64,000 nt of DNA from Candidatus Latescibacterota bacterium (GCA_965203355.1 OZ241889.1:640001-704000); one strand, 5' to 3'; shown: positions 51,430-61,747, numbered from the stretch's first letter. A program made the numbers and translations. The notes: generated by a model not told the origin, from the letters alone.

Positions 51430-51702
51430 TTGATGAATTGGATTAGAGGCCGCTTTTTTTGGATCCGCTGCGGTCGAGAAGATCGCGGTCAAATTTTTGT
51501 CGTCCGACGCAAGTTGGGCAATGCTGTAAAGCGCAATCGGCTCAAGCGGTGCCTGCGCAGTATTTGCCGCAGTCGCCCGTACTTTCCTTGTGATCTAGTC
51601 GTTTTCTGCCAACCGTTAGCCATTGAAGCTCCCTTTGCTGACCTAGAAAGGGAACTGGACTCCTTGGTGGCTAAAATACCTATTTTTCTTGCCCCACAAT
51701 GA
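51430..51702 (+). CDS. rnpA: RNase P protein (short)
   Basis: RNR motif [14 protein letters not shown]; position after rpmH. Confidence 0.85.
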   Translation: MMNWIRGRFFWIRCGREDRGQIFVVRRKLGNAVKRNRLKRCLRSICRSRPYFPCDLVVFCQPLAIEAPFADLERELDSLVAKIPIFLAPQ

Positions 51703-51908
51703 AGCGAATCGCCATTTTAGTCGTCCGCGCCTACCGTCTTCTCTTGTCTCCATATCTTCCCCCGTCCTGTCGTTATCTACCAACTTGTTCCCAATATGCC
51801 GAAGAAGCACTGGATAAGTACGGACCATTCAAGGGCGGAATGCTTGCGCTCAAGCGGATTGGTCGATGCCATCCTTGGGGAGGGCATGGATACGATCCTT
51901 TGCGCTAG
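51699..51908 (+). CDS. yidD: membrane protein insertion efficiency factor
   Basis: [26 protein letters not shown]. Confidence 0.95.
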   Translation: MKRIAILVVRAYRLLLSPYLPPSCRYLPTCSQYAEEALDKYGPFKGGMLALKRIGRCHPWGGHGYDPLR

Positions 51909-51952
51909 AATATGTTCATAACGCGTTGTTTATAAAATGGTAAGTAAAACCT

Positions 51953-53662
51953 ATGGAAGATAAGCGGACCCTGTTGGCCTTTCTCTTTATCGGCCTGATT
52001 TTCCTCTTGCTTCCCTATTATAATGAATGGCTAGGGCTAAATCCTCAGCCCCAGCCTCCGTCTCAGGAAGCCGTGCCGCAAAAGCCGGTGTCTGAACCTG
52101 TTGCTGACGAGCAATCTGAGGCCGAGCGCATACAAGATCCTAAGTATGCGGAACAACTCCATTCAGAAGAGCCATCCCCCGTTGTTCAGTCTCAGGCCAT
52201 TGAAAGAGTCGAATCGGCCGAGAATCCGTCTTTTACTCCGAAAGAAATCGCAGTACAAACTCCGCTCCAGAGTTTTGTTGTCTCCACAAAGGGCGGTACT
52301 ATTACGTCATGTAAACTCTTAAAATACAGGTACGTAGATGGAAGTATTGTCGAACTGCTACCTCCAACTGGCCGCGGCTTAGGAGTTCATCTACAACGAG
52401 CGAACTACAGGGAGGATATCTCCTCGGCGGAGTTTATTCCCAACCAATCGAGTCTGCAGGTTGGACCCGGGGAAGAGCAATCTCTAATCATGGTAGCCCA
52501 ACTCGGTGGCGGCAGAAGACTGGAAAAGGTCTTGACCTTTAATGGGGACCGCTATGGATTCGATCTCCAGCTACGCTACGAAGGCTTTGACGACGATACC
52601 GAAGCCATAATCACTTGGGAAAACGGCATAGCGTTTACCGAGCGTGAGCCGGAAATTGACCTACCTGAAATGCGGGCTTTTGCCTATATCAACGAAGAGC
52701 GGGTCGAACTCAAGGTGGATGGTGGAGAATCGGACGAATTAGAGGACAAAGGGTTGCTAAAATGGGCGGGTATTCGCAACAAGTACTTCTTGATTTCCTG
52801 CGTCCCTTCCGATAGAGAGCAGCGTTCTCTCGTCGTCTTACAGGGCAACCACCAAGAGGGGAATTTGCTGCCTAACTATTCTTTTCAGATAGGTCGTCGG
52901 CTTGAACGCTCTGGCTCTTGGCACAACACCATTTATCTGGGTCCACTCAACTACGACGAGCTTGTCGGCTATGAAGCTGAACTGGAGCAGGCTATTGATT
53001 TCGGATGGCCGATTGTAAGTCAGATAAGCCGCTTTCTACTCATTCTATTTATAGCCACCCATCAATACATCCCCAACTATGGTTGGATCATCGTCCTTTT
53101 CGCCGTTGTCATTAAAATTATCGTCTATCCACTTACCCACAAAACCTATGAGTCCGCGGCGAAAATGCAGGAGCTTCAGCCGAAAATTACGGCACTGCGC
53201 GAGAAGTACAAGAACGACAACCAACGCCTAAGTCGAGAGACTATGAAGCTCTATAAGGAAGAAGGGGTCAATCCTCTTGGAGGGTGTCTGCCTCTCTTGT
53301 TGCAGATGCCCATTTTTATTGCACTCTACAATCTTTTTGGCAAAACAATCGAGTTGCGTCAAGCCCCCTTTATTCTCTGGATCCAAGACCTTTCCCTTCC
53401 CGATGAATTGCTTGTTGGTGGTTTTGGCATTCATATTCTGCCATTGTTAATGGCGGTCTCCATGCTCATCCAACAGAAGATGACTATGAAGGACCCTAAG
53501 CAGGCCGTTCTGGTTTACATGATGCCGGTTCTGATGATCTTTATCTTTTGGAGCATGTCGTCGGGATTAGTGCTCTACTGGACTATCTTCAATGTCCTGA
53601 CCATCGGCCAACAGCTATTGGTCAATCATTTTAAGAAGGAAGCCACTCCTTCCAGCACTTGA
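51953..53662 (+). CDS. yidC: membrane protein insertase YidC
   Basis: DFGW, NYGW.I, MQELQP, GVNPLGGCLP, WIQDLS.PD, GLVLYW. Confidence 0.97.
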   Translation: MEDKRTLLAFLFIGLIFLLLPYYNEWLGLNPQPQPPSQEAVPQKPVSEPVADEQSEAERIQDPKYAEQLHSEEPSPVVQSQAIERVESAENPSFTPKEIAVQTPLQSFVVSTKGGTITSCKLLKYRYVDGSIVELLPPTGRGLGVHLQRANYREDISSAEFIPNQSSLQVGPGEEQSLIMVAQLGGGRRLEKVLTFNGDRYGFDLQLRYEGFDDDTEAIITWENGIAFTEREPEIDLPEMRAFAYINEERVELKVDGGESDELEDKGLLKWAGIRNKYFLISCVPSDREQRSLVVLQGNHQEGNLLPNYSFQIGRRLERSGSWHNTIYLGPLNYDELVGYEAELEQAIDFGWPIVSQISRFLLILFIATHQYIPNYGWIIVLFAVVIKIIVYPLTHKTYESAAKMQELQPKITALREKYKNDNQRLSRETMKLYKEEGVNPLGGCLPLLLQMPIFIALYNLFGKTIELRQAPFILWIQDLSLPDELLVGGFGIHILPLLMAVSMLIQQKMTMKDPKQAVLVYMMPVLMIFIFWSMSSGLVLYWTIFNVLTIGQQLLVNHFKKEATPSST

Positions 53663-53684
53663 AACTTCAGCCGGACCGCGGACC

Positions 53685-55046
53685 TTGATACAGCCGGATA
53701 CTGTTGTCGCTATCTCTACGCCACGAGGGGAGGGGGGTATCGGGATAGTGCGTTTGAGCGGGCCAGAGGCCCTAGCGATAGGCCAACAGATTTTTCGGTC
53801 TCGTCCTCCGCTCGGCAAGCGAGTCCGATATGTCGAATATGGGCGTATATGGGCTGGTAGTCGAGCAATTGACACAGGCGTGGCTTGGGTCTTTGCAGCA
53901 CCTCATTCTTATACTGGTGAAGATACCGTTGAGATTAGCTGCCACGGCAGTATGGTCGTATTAGAGTCAGTCGTCGAGGAAGCACTTCGATTGGGGGCTG
54001 TCGCCGCTGCCCCAGGAGAGTTTACCCGTCGAGCGTTTCTCAATGGCCGATTGGACTTAGTAGAAGCTGAGGCTGTAATTGACCTCATCCAAGCCAGTTC
54101 TAAGGCGCATCTCGACAATGCCTATGGATTGGCCAGTGGCCGTCTATCTAAGATGGTAAAAGAGCTTAAGAATCAGTTGGTTAAGATGATCTCACTGCTT
54201 GAGATCGGACTCGATTTTTCCGACGAAGACATCGATAGGATTGGACGTCAAGAAGTACAGACCGCCCTGCGCGAGGTGGTTGAGTCTTCTTTGCGGCTTG
54301 CCGAAACATTCGAGGGAACAAGGCGTCGCCAAGAGGGATATCTAGTCGTACTCATCGGGCGTCCCAATGTCGGTAAGTCTACATTGCTCAACGTGTTACT
54401 CGGCGAAGATCGGGCCATAGTTACCCCCTTACCAGGAACGACGCGGGACTTAGTAGAAGGTCGGACTACGTGGGCAGGAGAGACGATCCGGCTAGTCGAT
54501 ACGGCTGGGATCAGGCAAAGCCACAACCTGATCGAAAAAAGGGGAATTGAACGAGCGGCACAGGCGATTGGGGAAGCGGATGTGGTTTTAGCGGTATTTG
54601 ACAGTTCGACTGAATCGCGTGAGGACGATATGGCTGTATTGGACCTGATTCTGCCGGACAAGAAGTCAATTGCTGTCTTCAACAAAATCGACTTGCCGGG
54701 TGCTAGCACCAGATCTAAAATTGAAGCACGGGTCTCGGTATCTATTGAAATATCAGCACTTAGGGAGTTCGATATTGAAAAGTTAAAGAGAGAAGTGGCG
54801 ACCCAGTTGCCACATAGGGCGGGAGCAGATGGGATCGGAATCACTCGCCAGCACCACCAAGATTGCTTGCTGCGAGTAGCTAAATCTGGTGCTATCGCAG
54901 AAGAGCTTCTGAAGTCTAGCCAGCCCGATGAGTGCGTCGTTGCCGAACTTCAGGACGCCTTGAATGCCTTGGGTGAGATGCTGGGAGAGACAGTAGAAGA
55001 AGAGGTTCTCGATTCCATCTTTTCCCAGTTTTGCATTGGCAAGTAA
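53685..55046 (+). CDS. mnmE: tRNA modification GTPase MnmE
   Basis: GGIGIVRLSG, GEFTRRAFLNG, GRPNVGKS, GTTRD, DTAG, NKID, FSQFCIGK*. Confidence 0.97.
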   Translation: MIQPDTVVAISTPRGEGGIGIVRLSGPEALAIGQQIFRSRPPLGKRVRYVEYGRIWAGSRAIDTGVAWVFAAPHSYTGEDTVEISCHGSMVVLESVVEEALRLGAVAAAPGEFTRRAFLNGRLDLVEAEAVIDLIQASSKAHLDNAYGLASGRLSKMVKELKNQLVKMISLLEIGLDFSDEDIDRIGRQEVQTALREVVESSLRLAETFEGTRRRQEGYLVVLIGRPNVGKSTLLNVLLGEDRAIVTPLPGTTRDLVEGRTTWAGETIRLVDTAGIRQSHNLIEKRGIERAAQAIGEADVVLAVFDSSTESREDDMAVLDLILPDKKSIAVFNKIDLPGASTRSKIEARVSVSIEISALREFDIEKLKREVATQLPHRAGADGIGITRQHHQDCLLRVAKSGAIAEELLKSSQPDECVVAELQDALNALGEMLGETVEEEVLDSIFSQFCIGK

Positions 55047-55062
55047 TGTTCCACGTGGAACA
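55047..55062. promoter_or_regulatory. parS site 1
   Basis: TGTTCCACGTGGAACA, a perfect palindrome matching the parS consensus TGTTNCACGTGAAACA/GGAACA. Confidence 0.9.
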
Positions 55063-55108
55063 ACTGAGTTGGTTCGGTGCGGTTTAGAAGAGTCGGTAAG
55101 AGGTTCCA

Positions 55109-55124
55109 TGTTTCACGTGGAACA
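55109..55124. promoter_or_regulatory. parS site 2
   Basis: TGTTTCACGTGGAACA within the extended palindrome CCATG..CATGG. Confidence 0.9.
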
Positions 55125-55133
55125 TGGTTGGAT

Positions 55134-55739
55134 ATGATGATCGAACTGCCGTCTGAAATATGCGAGGATTTCAATAAATTAAAAAGAGAAGGAATTATCT
55201 CTTGTTCTCTTGAGGATTTCTGGCCCAAGCTAGAGATATATCTACGTCTCTTGGATCAGTGGTCAAGAAGAATCAATCTGGTCTCGCAGGGAGACTGGTC
55301 CGTCCTAGCAACCAAGCACTTGAGACAGGCATTGACTATGGTTCCGGTTGTGGCAAGTATTCCTCGCCGGCTGGTTATGGATCTGGGATCTGGAGCTGGC
55401 TTACCGGCCATTCCCTTGAAGATCGCTCTCTCCGACTCGCACTTTGTGCTCGTCGAGAGTAGGAGAAAGCGGGCGCACTTTCTCAGGGAGGTTGTGCGAT
55501 CTGTGGGGCTTGACCGCATAGAGGTTGTAAACGAGCGGATAGAGAGTTTGAGTCCAGTGGGTGCGGACCTGGTAACGGCGAGAGCTGTGGCTTCTCCTGA
55601 TAAACTGCTTGCTTTAGTACAAAGACATTTATCTCCTCACGGCTGGATTCTTTCAACGCTTAAAAAAGATGCTGCTCATTCGGAGTTGTTGGCATGGAGG
55701 TCCGATAAGGTGAGTAGTGCATTAGGGCTATTCTACTAA
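55134..55739 (+). CDS. rsmG: 16S rRNA m7G527 methyltransferase
   Basis: W..RINLVS, MDLGSGAGLPAIPL, LVESRRKR, VTARAV. Confidence 0.92.
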   Translation: MMIELPSEICEDFNKLKREGIISCSLEDFWPKLEIYLRLLDQWSRRINLVSQGDWSVLATKHLRQALTMVPVVASIPRRLVMDLGSGAGLPAIPLKIALSDSHFVLVESRRKRAHFLREVVRSVGLDRIEVVNERIESLSPVGADLVTARAVASPDKLLALVQRHLSPHGWILSTLKKDAAHSELLAWRSDKVSSALGLFY

Positions 55740-56044
55740 TTGCCGGATGTTCCGAGTGTGGTTTTACACATACTTATCCACACTCAAGACTAAAAGAATT
55801 GTGAGATTGAGGCCTTTTGTAAGGACGTATATGTCTAATTTAATCCAATAGATAGGCCATAATTTAGCTAACCATTGAGTGGAGACGATGAGGAGTGATG
55901 TGGAAAACTGGTTCTTAGGGAAGTGGAAAACTCAGCGGTAAATCCTTTGGAGAAAAAGAAAAAAACAAGTATATTTTTAACGTAGTTTCCGAGGACAAGG
56001 GTTCTCAATAGCGACTCTCAAGCGTCTGTGAAGTAGGTTCTTTT

Positions 56045-56662
56045 TTGCTAGATAAATATCTGAAAAAGTGGTGTTTGGTCATCCTTAGGCCGTTGGCGCG
56101 TTTATTTATTCGCTTGGGCTTCAGACCTGATTGGCTGACGCTGATGGGGCTAGTTATGAACGTGGGGGCGACTGTGGCGTTTGCCAAGGGTCATCTGCAA
56201 TGGGGGGCTCTCATTATGATAGTGGCGGGCCTCTGCGACATCTTGGATGGACAAGTTGCAAGAGAGGGCCACAAAGAGACCAAGTTCGGAGCCTTATTAG
56301 ATTCGACGACAGATCGATACTCTGAGATATTTATTTATTTTGGAATCGGTGCGTATTTGATTGGCTGCGATGAGTGGATTGCCTCGGGGATTCTCTTTTT
56401 TGCCATTACTGGTTCGCTGATGGTTAGTTATGTAAGGGCGCGTGCAGAGGGGCTGGGCGAGGATTGCAAGGTGGGCTTCATGCAGCGCCCAGAACGTCTA
56501 ACGGCTTTGGCTATGGGGAGCCTGATAGGCCACCAAGGTTTGGTTTTCGCGCTGGTTCTATTGGCCGTTACGACCAATTATACGGTTGTTGAGCGCCTTG
56601 CTCATATTCGCAACAGGCTGAAATCAGGTCCCAATTCGCCCGCCTCTGTCCAGCAGTCCTGA
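56045..56662 (+). CDS. CDP-alcohol phosphatidyltransferase (PgsA/PIP-synthase-like)
   Basis: DILDGQVAR...FGALLDSTTDR, SYVRARAEG, RPER. Confidence 0.9.
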   Translation: MLDKYLKKWCLVILRPLARLFIRLGFRPDWLTLMGLVMNVGATVAFAKGHLQWGALIMIVAGLCDILDGQVAREGHKETKFGALLDSTTDRYSEIFIYFGIGAYLIGCDEWIASGILFFAITGSLMVSYVRARAEGLGEDCKVGFMQRPERLTALAMGSLIGHQGLVFALVLLAVTTNYTVVERLAHIRNRLKSGPNSPASVQQS

Positions 56663-56680
56663 CAAACTTCTCCTGCCGTC

Positions 56681-57361
56681 GTGTCTCGGGGTCATTTCAT
56701 CGTTTTTGAAGGAATTGATGGGAGTGGAACTACGACCCAATCCCATTTGCTGGCGTCGTACTTAAAGGAAGCGGGTTTTCCAGTTATACTCACCAGAGAG
56801 CCCGGCGAGACGCCGATTGGAGAGCGGATTCGCCAGCTTGTTCTCGATCCAAGACAGGAGGCTATATCCCATGTGGCGGAGCTTTTCCTCTATGGAGCTG
56901 ATCGTGCCCAGCATGTAGAAGAGGTAATTCAACCATCGCTAGACCAAGGGAAAGTAGTTATTTGCGACCGCTACATCGCATCATCGCTAGCTTATCAGGG
57001 GTATGGGCGCGGCTTGGACCTAAAAATGGTCGAGCAAGTCAATAATCTGGCAGTAGGGAAATGTTTGCCGGAATCGACTATATACTTGGACGTACCCGTA
57101 GAAGTGACTTGGGCGCGGGTAAATCGCCAGTGGGATTTATTTAGACAAGAGGATTCATTTGCTCCCCGTGCTGAGGATCGCTTGGAGGAAGCCGGCGGAG
57201 AAAAGCTGCAAAAGAAAGTCGCCAGGGGTTACAAAAAGATCGCCGCGAGAGATGAGAATGCCTTGATTTTTGACGCGAAGCTCGAAATAGACCGATTGGC
57301 CGAAGATATTCGGAATGCGCTACGTCGGCAGTGGCCGTGGTTTCCCGAGGAGAAAAAGTAG
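56681..57361 (+). CDS. tmk: thymidylate kinase
   Basis: FIVFEGIDGSG, TREPG, ADRAQH, CDRY..SSLAYQG. Confidence 0.94.
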   Translation: MSRGHFIVFEGIDGSGTTTQSHLLASYLKEAGFPVILTREPGETPIGERIRQLVLDPRQEAISHVAELFLYGADRAQHVEEVIQPSLDQGKVVICDRYIASSLAYQGYGRGLDLKMVEQVNNLAVGKCLPESTIYLDVPVEVTWARVNRQWDLFRQEDSFAPRAEDRLEEAGGEKLQKKVARGYKKIAARDENALIFDAKLEIDRLAEDIRNALRRQWPWFPEEKK

Positions 57362-57363
57362 TT

Positions 57364-59220
57364 ATGCGATACCTCTTAGTCTGCTTGATTTTTTCATACG
57401 CCAGTGCAAACGCAATCCAGGCTGCGCCTACGGAAGATCCGTATGCGGAGGTAAATGCTAGTTGGGAGCGTTTCGGGGCCGTGTATTCGCGCATTCTGGA
57501 AAACTATTACGCACGTCTGGACCAAGGGGAGGTTATGAGCGCAGCCATCAAGGGCATGCTCGGCCGACTGGATCCATACAGCGAGTATTACGACGAGGAG
57601 GGTTTGCGGCAGTTGCGTCAAGACACGACGGGCAAGTTCGCGGGATTGGGGATCACAGTTGCCATAAAAGATCGCTTTCCCGTGGTAATTTCCCCTATTG
57701 AAGATACACCTGCCTTTCGAGCTGGGCTGAGACCGGGAGATTTGATTGTCGCTGTGGAGGGCAAAAGTACCTTGGATATGCAGCTTGAATCTGTGGTCAA
57801 CGCGCTACGCGGAGAACCTGGTACAAAGGTCGCAATCTCGGTCGCGCCCCACTTGGGAGCCACGCCGCACGAAGTTGAAATTCAACGGGAAATAATCACG
57901 ATCAAGAGTGTTGTGTTAGTAGAGGAACTTCGAGAAAAAATCGGTTATATAAGTATGCGCCAGACGCGTTTTTCCGAGCATACCTCCAGCGAAGTGGAAG
58001 AAGCTATAAAAAGCCTCCCTCGGGTTGAAGGGCTGATTTTAGATCTGCGAGGAAATCCCGGTGGCTTGCTTAGCCAAGCCACCCAAGTTGCCGATTTGTT
58101 TTTACCCCAAGGAGTGCCGATCGTTTCGGTTAAGGAACGCGATGGGCGGAGAGAAGAGGTCAAGTATTCTCACCGTCATTCTATTGTGCGCAATGTGCCC
58201 TTGGTGGTTCTGATTGACGAGGGAAGTGCCAGTGCGTCCGAAATCGTTGCTGGAGCCATCCAAGACAACGACCGAGGCGTGGTTGTCGGAGCGGCATCAT
58301 TCGGCAAAGGTTCGGTACAGACCATTTTCGACCTACGTGAACGCGAAGAAGAAGCCAGTGCCTTAAAGCTGACGACGGCACTCTACTACGCGCCCAGTGG
58401 ACGCAGTATTCACCGAGAACAGGACATTGCCATGCCCGTACATAGCGTTCTGTTCGGCGATAGGGAGCTACCGTATCAGTTGGTGATGGACCTTGTTTTG
58501 CGTTCAGAGAATAGAACTAAGGCCCTTTCTGCGCTCCAATCTCATTTTGATATGGATTCTGAGTCCGCAGAGCGCCTTCTCTTGGTCCGTTTGGGCGATT
58601 TAGTGGGTAAGTCCAAGCTCGGGACGACTGGATTGCCGGATAGTACGGCAAACCAAACCTATTATACCCAGCGAGGTCGCAAGGTCTTCGGGGGCGGTGG
58701 GATCAAGCCCGATATTAGCGTTGAGTCGGAACCATTTCCCCCTTATGTGCAAGAGTTAGAGCGTCGTCGGCTGTTCTTCGACTTTGTCATAGATTACGTC
58801 TCGGCCGACTCGTCTTGGGTCGAGGAATATCCAGCCCTGACCGTCAGCGATGAGATGGTTGCGGGCTTTATGGAGTTCGTCCGCACTGAGGACATAAGTC
58901 TAGACCAAGGCCAGAAAGGATTGAATCAAATAGCAGAACTTGAGGACTTGGCGGACAAAATGGATTGGGGGGAGGCTGCACAGGAGTCGATCCAGCAGCT
59001 ACGAGCCCAGGTGAAGCAGGATTGGGAGCGACGGTATAGCAGCGAGTTGGAACCGTATATCAAGAATGCTTTACGTCGAGAACTAATCTTGCGCTTCAGG
59101 GGGAGAAAAGCCCAACTACTTGAAGGATTGCAGGAGGATGTGCAGCTAGCCAAGGCGATAGAGGTGCTGGCAGACCAAGACCAGTATCTGGGGATATTGG
59201 CCGCGGAGGAAGCCAAGTGA
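57364..59220 (+). CDS. S41 carboxy-terminal processing protease (CtpA/Prc-like, PDZ)
   Basis: LDPYS, GLGI, LDLRGNPGG, SASASEIVAGAIQD, FGKGSVQ, GIKPD. Confidence 0.93.
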   Translation: MRYLLVCLIFSYASANAIQAAPTEDPYAEVNASWERFGAVYSRILENYYARLDQGEVMSAAIKGMLGRLDPYSEYYDEEGLRQLRQDTTGKFAGLGITVAIKDRFPVVISPIEDTPAFRAGLRPGDLIVAVEGKSTLDMQLESVVNALRGEPGTKVAISVAPHLGATPHEVEIQREIITIKSVVLVEELREKIGYISMRQTRFSEHTSSEVEEAIKSLPRVEGLILDLRGNPGGLLSQATQVADLFLPQGVPIVSVKERDGRREEVKYSHRHSIVRNVPLVVLIDEGSASASEIVAGAIQDNDRGVVVGAASFGKGSVQTIFDLREREEEASALKLTTALYYAPSGRSIHREQDIAMPVHSVLFGDRELPYQLVMDLVLRSENRTKALSALQSHFDMDSESAERLLLVRLGDLVGKSKLGTTGLPDSTANQTYYTQRGRKVFGGGGIKPDISVESEPFPPYVQELERRRLFFDFVIDYVSADSSWVEEYPALTVSDEMVAGFMEFVRTEDISLDQGQKGLNQIAELEDLADKMDWGEAAQESIQQLRAQVKQDWERRYSSELEPYIKNALRRELILRFRGRKAQLLEGLQEDVQLAKAIEVLADQDQYLGILAAEEAK

Positions 59221-59355
59221 ACGGCGATAAGCGGGGCGTTGAAATCGCCGATAACAAATAGTAATAGTGGTCATTTTGATCATATTATATTGCTATTTAT
59301 ATTCACTTAGCTTCACAACCTTGCATAGCTACTTATTCGATTGTAGTGTACCACT

Positions 59356-59973
59356 ATGGTTCTGATGGAAGTCAAAGGGGTCTTAAGCAGCAAATCTCTA
59401 TCTTTATATCCCGAAGTAGTACTCAAAGAAGTCGAAGGCAACTCTTATCTGCACATTGTCATCGGCCGCTTTGAGGCAGCAGCTATTTCCACAGCCCATA
59501 GCAAGCAGCAACCTGTACGCCCCATCAGCTACGATCTAGCCCATCAGATTCTCGCCCACGTTGACGCCCGGGTAATCCGGGTCGAAATTACGGACTTTAA
59601 CTCATGTGAGAGAACGTACTACGCCGAGATTCACCTCGTTGACGACGAGGGCAACACTCATACATTCGACGCACGTCCCAGCGATGCCATTGCCCTAGCC
59701 CTGCGCTTTGGCGCACCGATCTACGCTGCCGTCAAGGTACTCGAAGACGTGGGATGTGTTCATTCTGACGACGATGAATGGGTTACGGCTGAAGTTGATG
59801 CTATCACCAAATCCGTGGCCACACCGAGGAAAGAGCACCCTACTATCGCCACATCAGCCGTCAATCAGCTAGAACAACTCAAAAGACGCATGCACCAAGC
59901 GATTGCCGAAGAAATCTACGAGGAGGCGGCACGGCTTCGCGACGAGATTAGTCGCCTCAATGGAGATGACTAA
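59356..59973 (+). CDS. bifunctional nuclease (DUF151) with UVR domain, paralog 1
   Basis: IGRFEAAAI, RPISYDL, YYA, DARPSDAIALALR, EIYEEAARLRDEI. Confidence 0.9.
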   Translation: MVLMEVKGVLSSKSLSLYPEVVLKEVEGNSYLHIVIGRFEAAAISTAHSKQQPVRPISYDLAHQILAHVDARVIRVEITDFNSCERTYYAEIHLVDDEGNTHTFDARPSDAIALALRFGAPIYAAVKVLEDVGCVHSDDDEWVTAEVDAITKSVATPRKEHPTIATSAVNQLEQLKRRMHQAIAEEIYEEAARLRDEISRLNGDD

Positions 59974-60668
59974 TGGGTACTACCTCTTTAGTCGAGATGA
60001 CCGTGGTCAAGGTGAGCCCCTACCTGCGCGAGGACAGACCCTTGGTATGGTTGAGCGAGAAGAACGGTAACCTCCCGCGGCTCCTGCCCATTCCCATCGG
60101 CGAATTTGAAGCGGCCGCCATTAGGATGCGGCTGGAAAACGATAGACCCATACGCCCAATTTCTTACGACTTGCTCGCCTCTATGGTAAATTCCCTTGCG
60201 ATACGCGTACGCCAAGTTGTCATCCACAACGTGCGCCGCTCCATTTACTACGCAAGAGTCGTTATTGAGAAGAATCACACGATAAAAGACGTCGACGCAC
60301 GTCCCAGCGATGCCATCGCTCTGGCCTTGCGCACGGGTTCGCCAATCTACGTTGCTCCTGCGTTGCTCAACGAGGTGGGCTTGGAGCCTTTGGAAACCGA
60401 CTTGGATGTTGGACACACCCTGAACCGCTTGTACGAACTTGAAGCGCAGATTTCCATGCCGCTCAATGCAGAAGCTGACTCGGGCAAGGTCCGCTCGCCG
60501 AAGCGGAACGCCGAAGCGGCTAACGCTCAACACCCGCCGAATGAAGAGAAAGACGAGCTCGGCCTGCTTCAATATCGGCTACAGCAGGCCGTCATATGCG
60601 AAGAATACGAAGAAGCGGCTCGTCTGCGCGACGCTATTGAATCGCTAGCTAAAAAAACCAAGCGTTGA
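59973..60668 (+). CDS. bifunctional nuclease (DUF151) with UVR domain, paralog 2
   Basis: LPIPIGEFEAAAI, RPISYDL, DARPSDAIALALR, EEYEEAARLRDAI. Confidence 0.9.
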   Translation: MGTTSLVEMTVVKVSPYLREDRPLVWLSEKNGNLPRLLPIPIGEFEAAAIRMRLENDRPIRPISYDLLASMVNSLAIRVRQVVIHNVRRSIYYARVVIEKNHTIKDVDARPSDAIALALRTGSPIYVAPALLNEVGLEPLETDLDVGHTLNRLYELEAQISMPLNAEADSGKVRSPKRNAEAANAQHPPNEEKDELGLLQYRLQQAVICEEYEEAARLRDAIESLAKKTKR

Positions 60669-60748
60669 TCCCAATCCGGGTGGACGCAGACCTAACACCT
60701 ACCGAGTAACTGAAGTTGCCCAAGATACTGATTTGTGTGCTGCATACA

Positions 60749-61198
60749 ATGGCCCTACAACTATTTGTTTGTCTCGCCCTGCTCCTCGGCTGCAATAGCG
60801 AAGACATAGACCAACGTTTCTCGCATCCGGCCCAGACCTTCCAGACCTACAGGTCCGCGTTAGAAAACAGCGACTTTGACCTGCTTTGGGAATGTTTCAG
60901 TTCTTCGCAAGTGGCGGGCGAAGACCGTCAGAGCTTTGTCGAACGCTGGCGTCTTTTGCCGCCGGCCGAGATCAAGGCTCAACTGCGGCGAGAAATCGCC
61001 GAAGAGCGCATCATCAACGAGCGCATCGGTTACTTGCTCTTCGATTCCTCTACGCTAGGCGATGAGCGAACATCGCCATTTTTTTATTTTCTTCGCGATT
61101 CCAGTGGTTGGAAAATCACTTCCCACCTAGACAGCACCTTCCACCAAGAGTTAGAGCAAGCCATTGAGCGCGGCGAGTACAAACTGCCCGACTTCTAA
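60749..61198 (+). CDS. hypothetical lipoprotein (NTF2-like fold possible)
   Basis: LLLGC lipobox; ..P.QTF..Y..AL...DF..LW.CFS and ..RDSSGWKI. Confidence 0.65.
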   Translation: MALQLFVCLALLLGCNSEDIDQRFSHPAQTFQTYRSALENSDFDLLWECFSSSQVAGEDRQSFVERWRLLPPAEIKAQLRREIAEERIINERIGYLLFDSSTLGDERTSPFFYFLRDSSGWKITSHLDSTFHQELEQAIERGEYKLPDF

Positions 61199-61213
61199 CT
61201 CTTTTCTTTTTGC

Positions 61214-61747
61214 TCATCTAGGCGGCTCTAAGTTCCAAGTCCCGATAATGCCCATTATCATATCCCACTGCTTGTCGTCCATCGCGTCTACCAGAGCGAG
61301 CAGGCGTAACACATCGCGATCCTTCTGCTTATTGCGCGCCCGGGCAACGGCCTCCAACCACGGTTGGTCCCCGAGCAGAGCCAAAATTTCTGGCTTCGAT
61401 AATATCCCCAAGAGGGCTGGGTCCAACGGCTCTTCGCTAGACAGGAGCTTGTTGATGACTGGGTCCGACAGCGAGCGCATCATCTTGCCATAGAGCGCAC
61501 GTCCTTCCTCCGAACTCGCCTTGGCCTCGTAAGCAGCAATCAACGCTCTATTAGAGTCGAGTTCCAAAACCTCGGCCAACTTGAGACACACTTCGTCGGA
61601 AGGAACCTTCTCCCCTTTCTCAATTTGTCCTATATAGGTTGCCCATACGCCCTTGGGCCTTCGCGCCGTTACAAGTTGTTCGGCCAATCCCTGCTGGCTT
61701 AGGTGGGCTTGTAGCCGGGCCTCCTTGATCATTTCTGCAAACTGCAT
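61214..61747 (-). CDS. XRE-family HTH transcriptional regulator (start could be 61777)
   Basis: FAEMIKEARLQAHLSQQGLAE..TYIGQIEKGEKVPSDEVCLKLAEVLEL. Confidence 0.85.
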   Translation of the reverse strand: MQFAEMIKEARLQAHLSQQGLAEQLVTARRPKGVWATYIGQIEKGEKVPSDEVCLKLAEVLELDSNRALIAAYEAKASSEEGRALYGKMMRSLSDPVINKLLSSEEPLDPALLGILSKPEILALLGDQPWLEAVARARNKQKDRDVLRLLALVDAMDDKQWDMIMGIIGTWNLEPPR

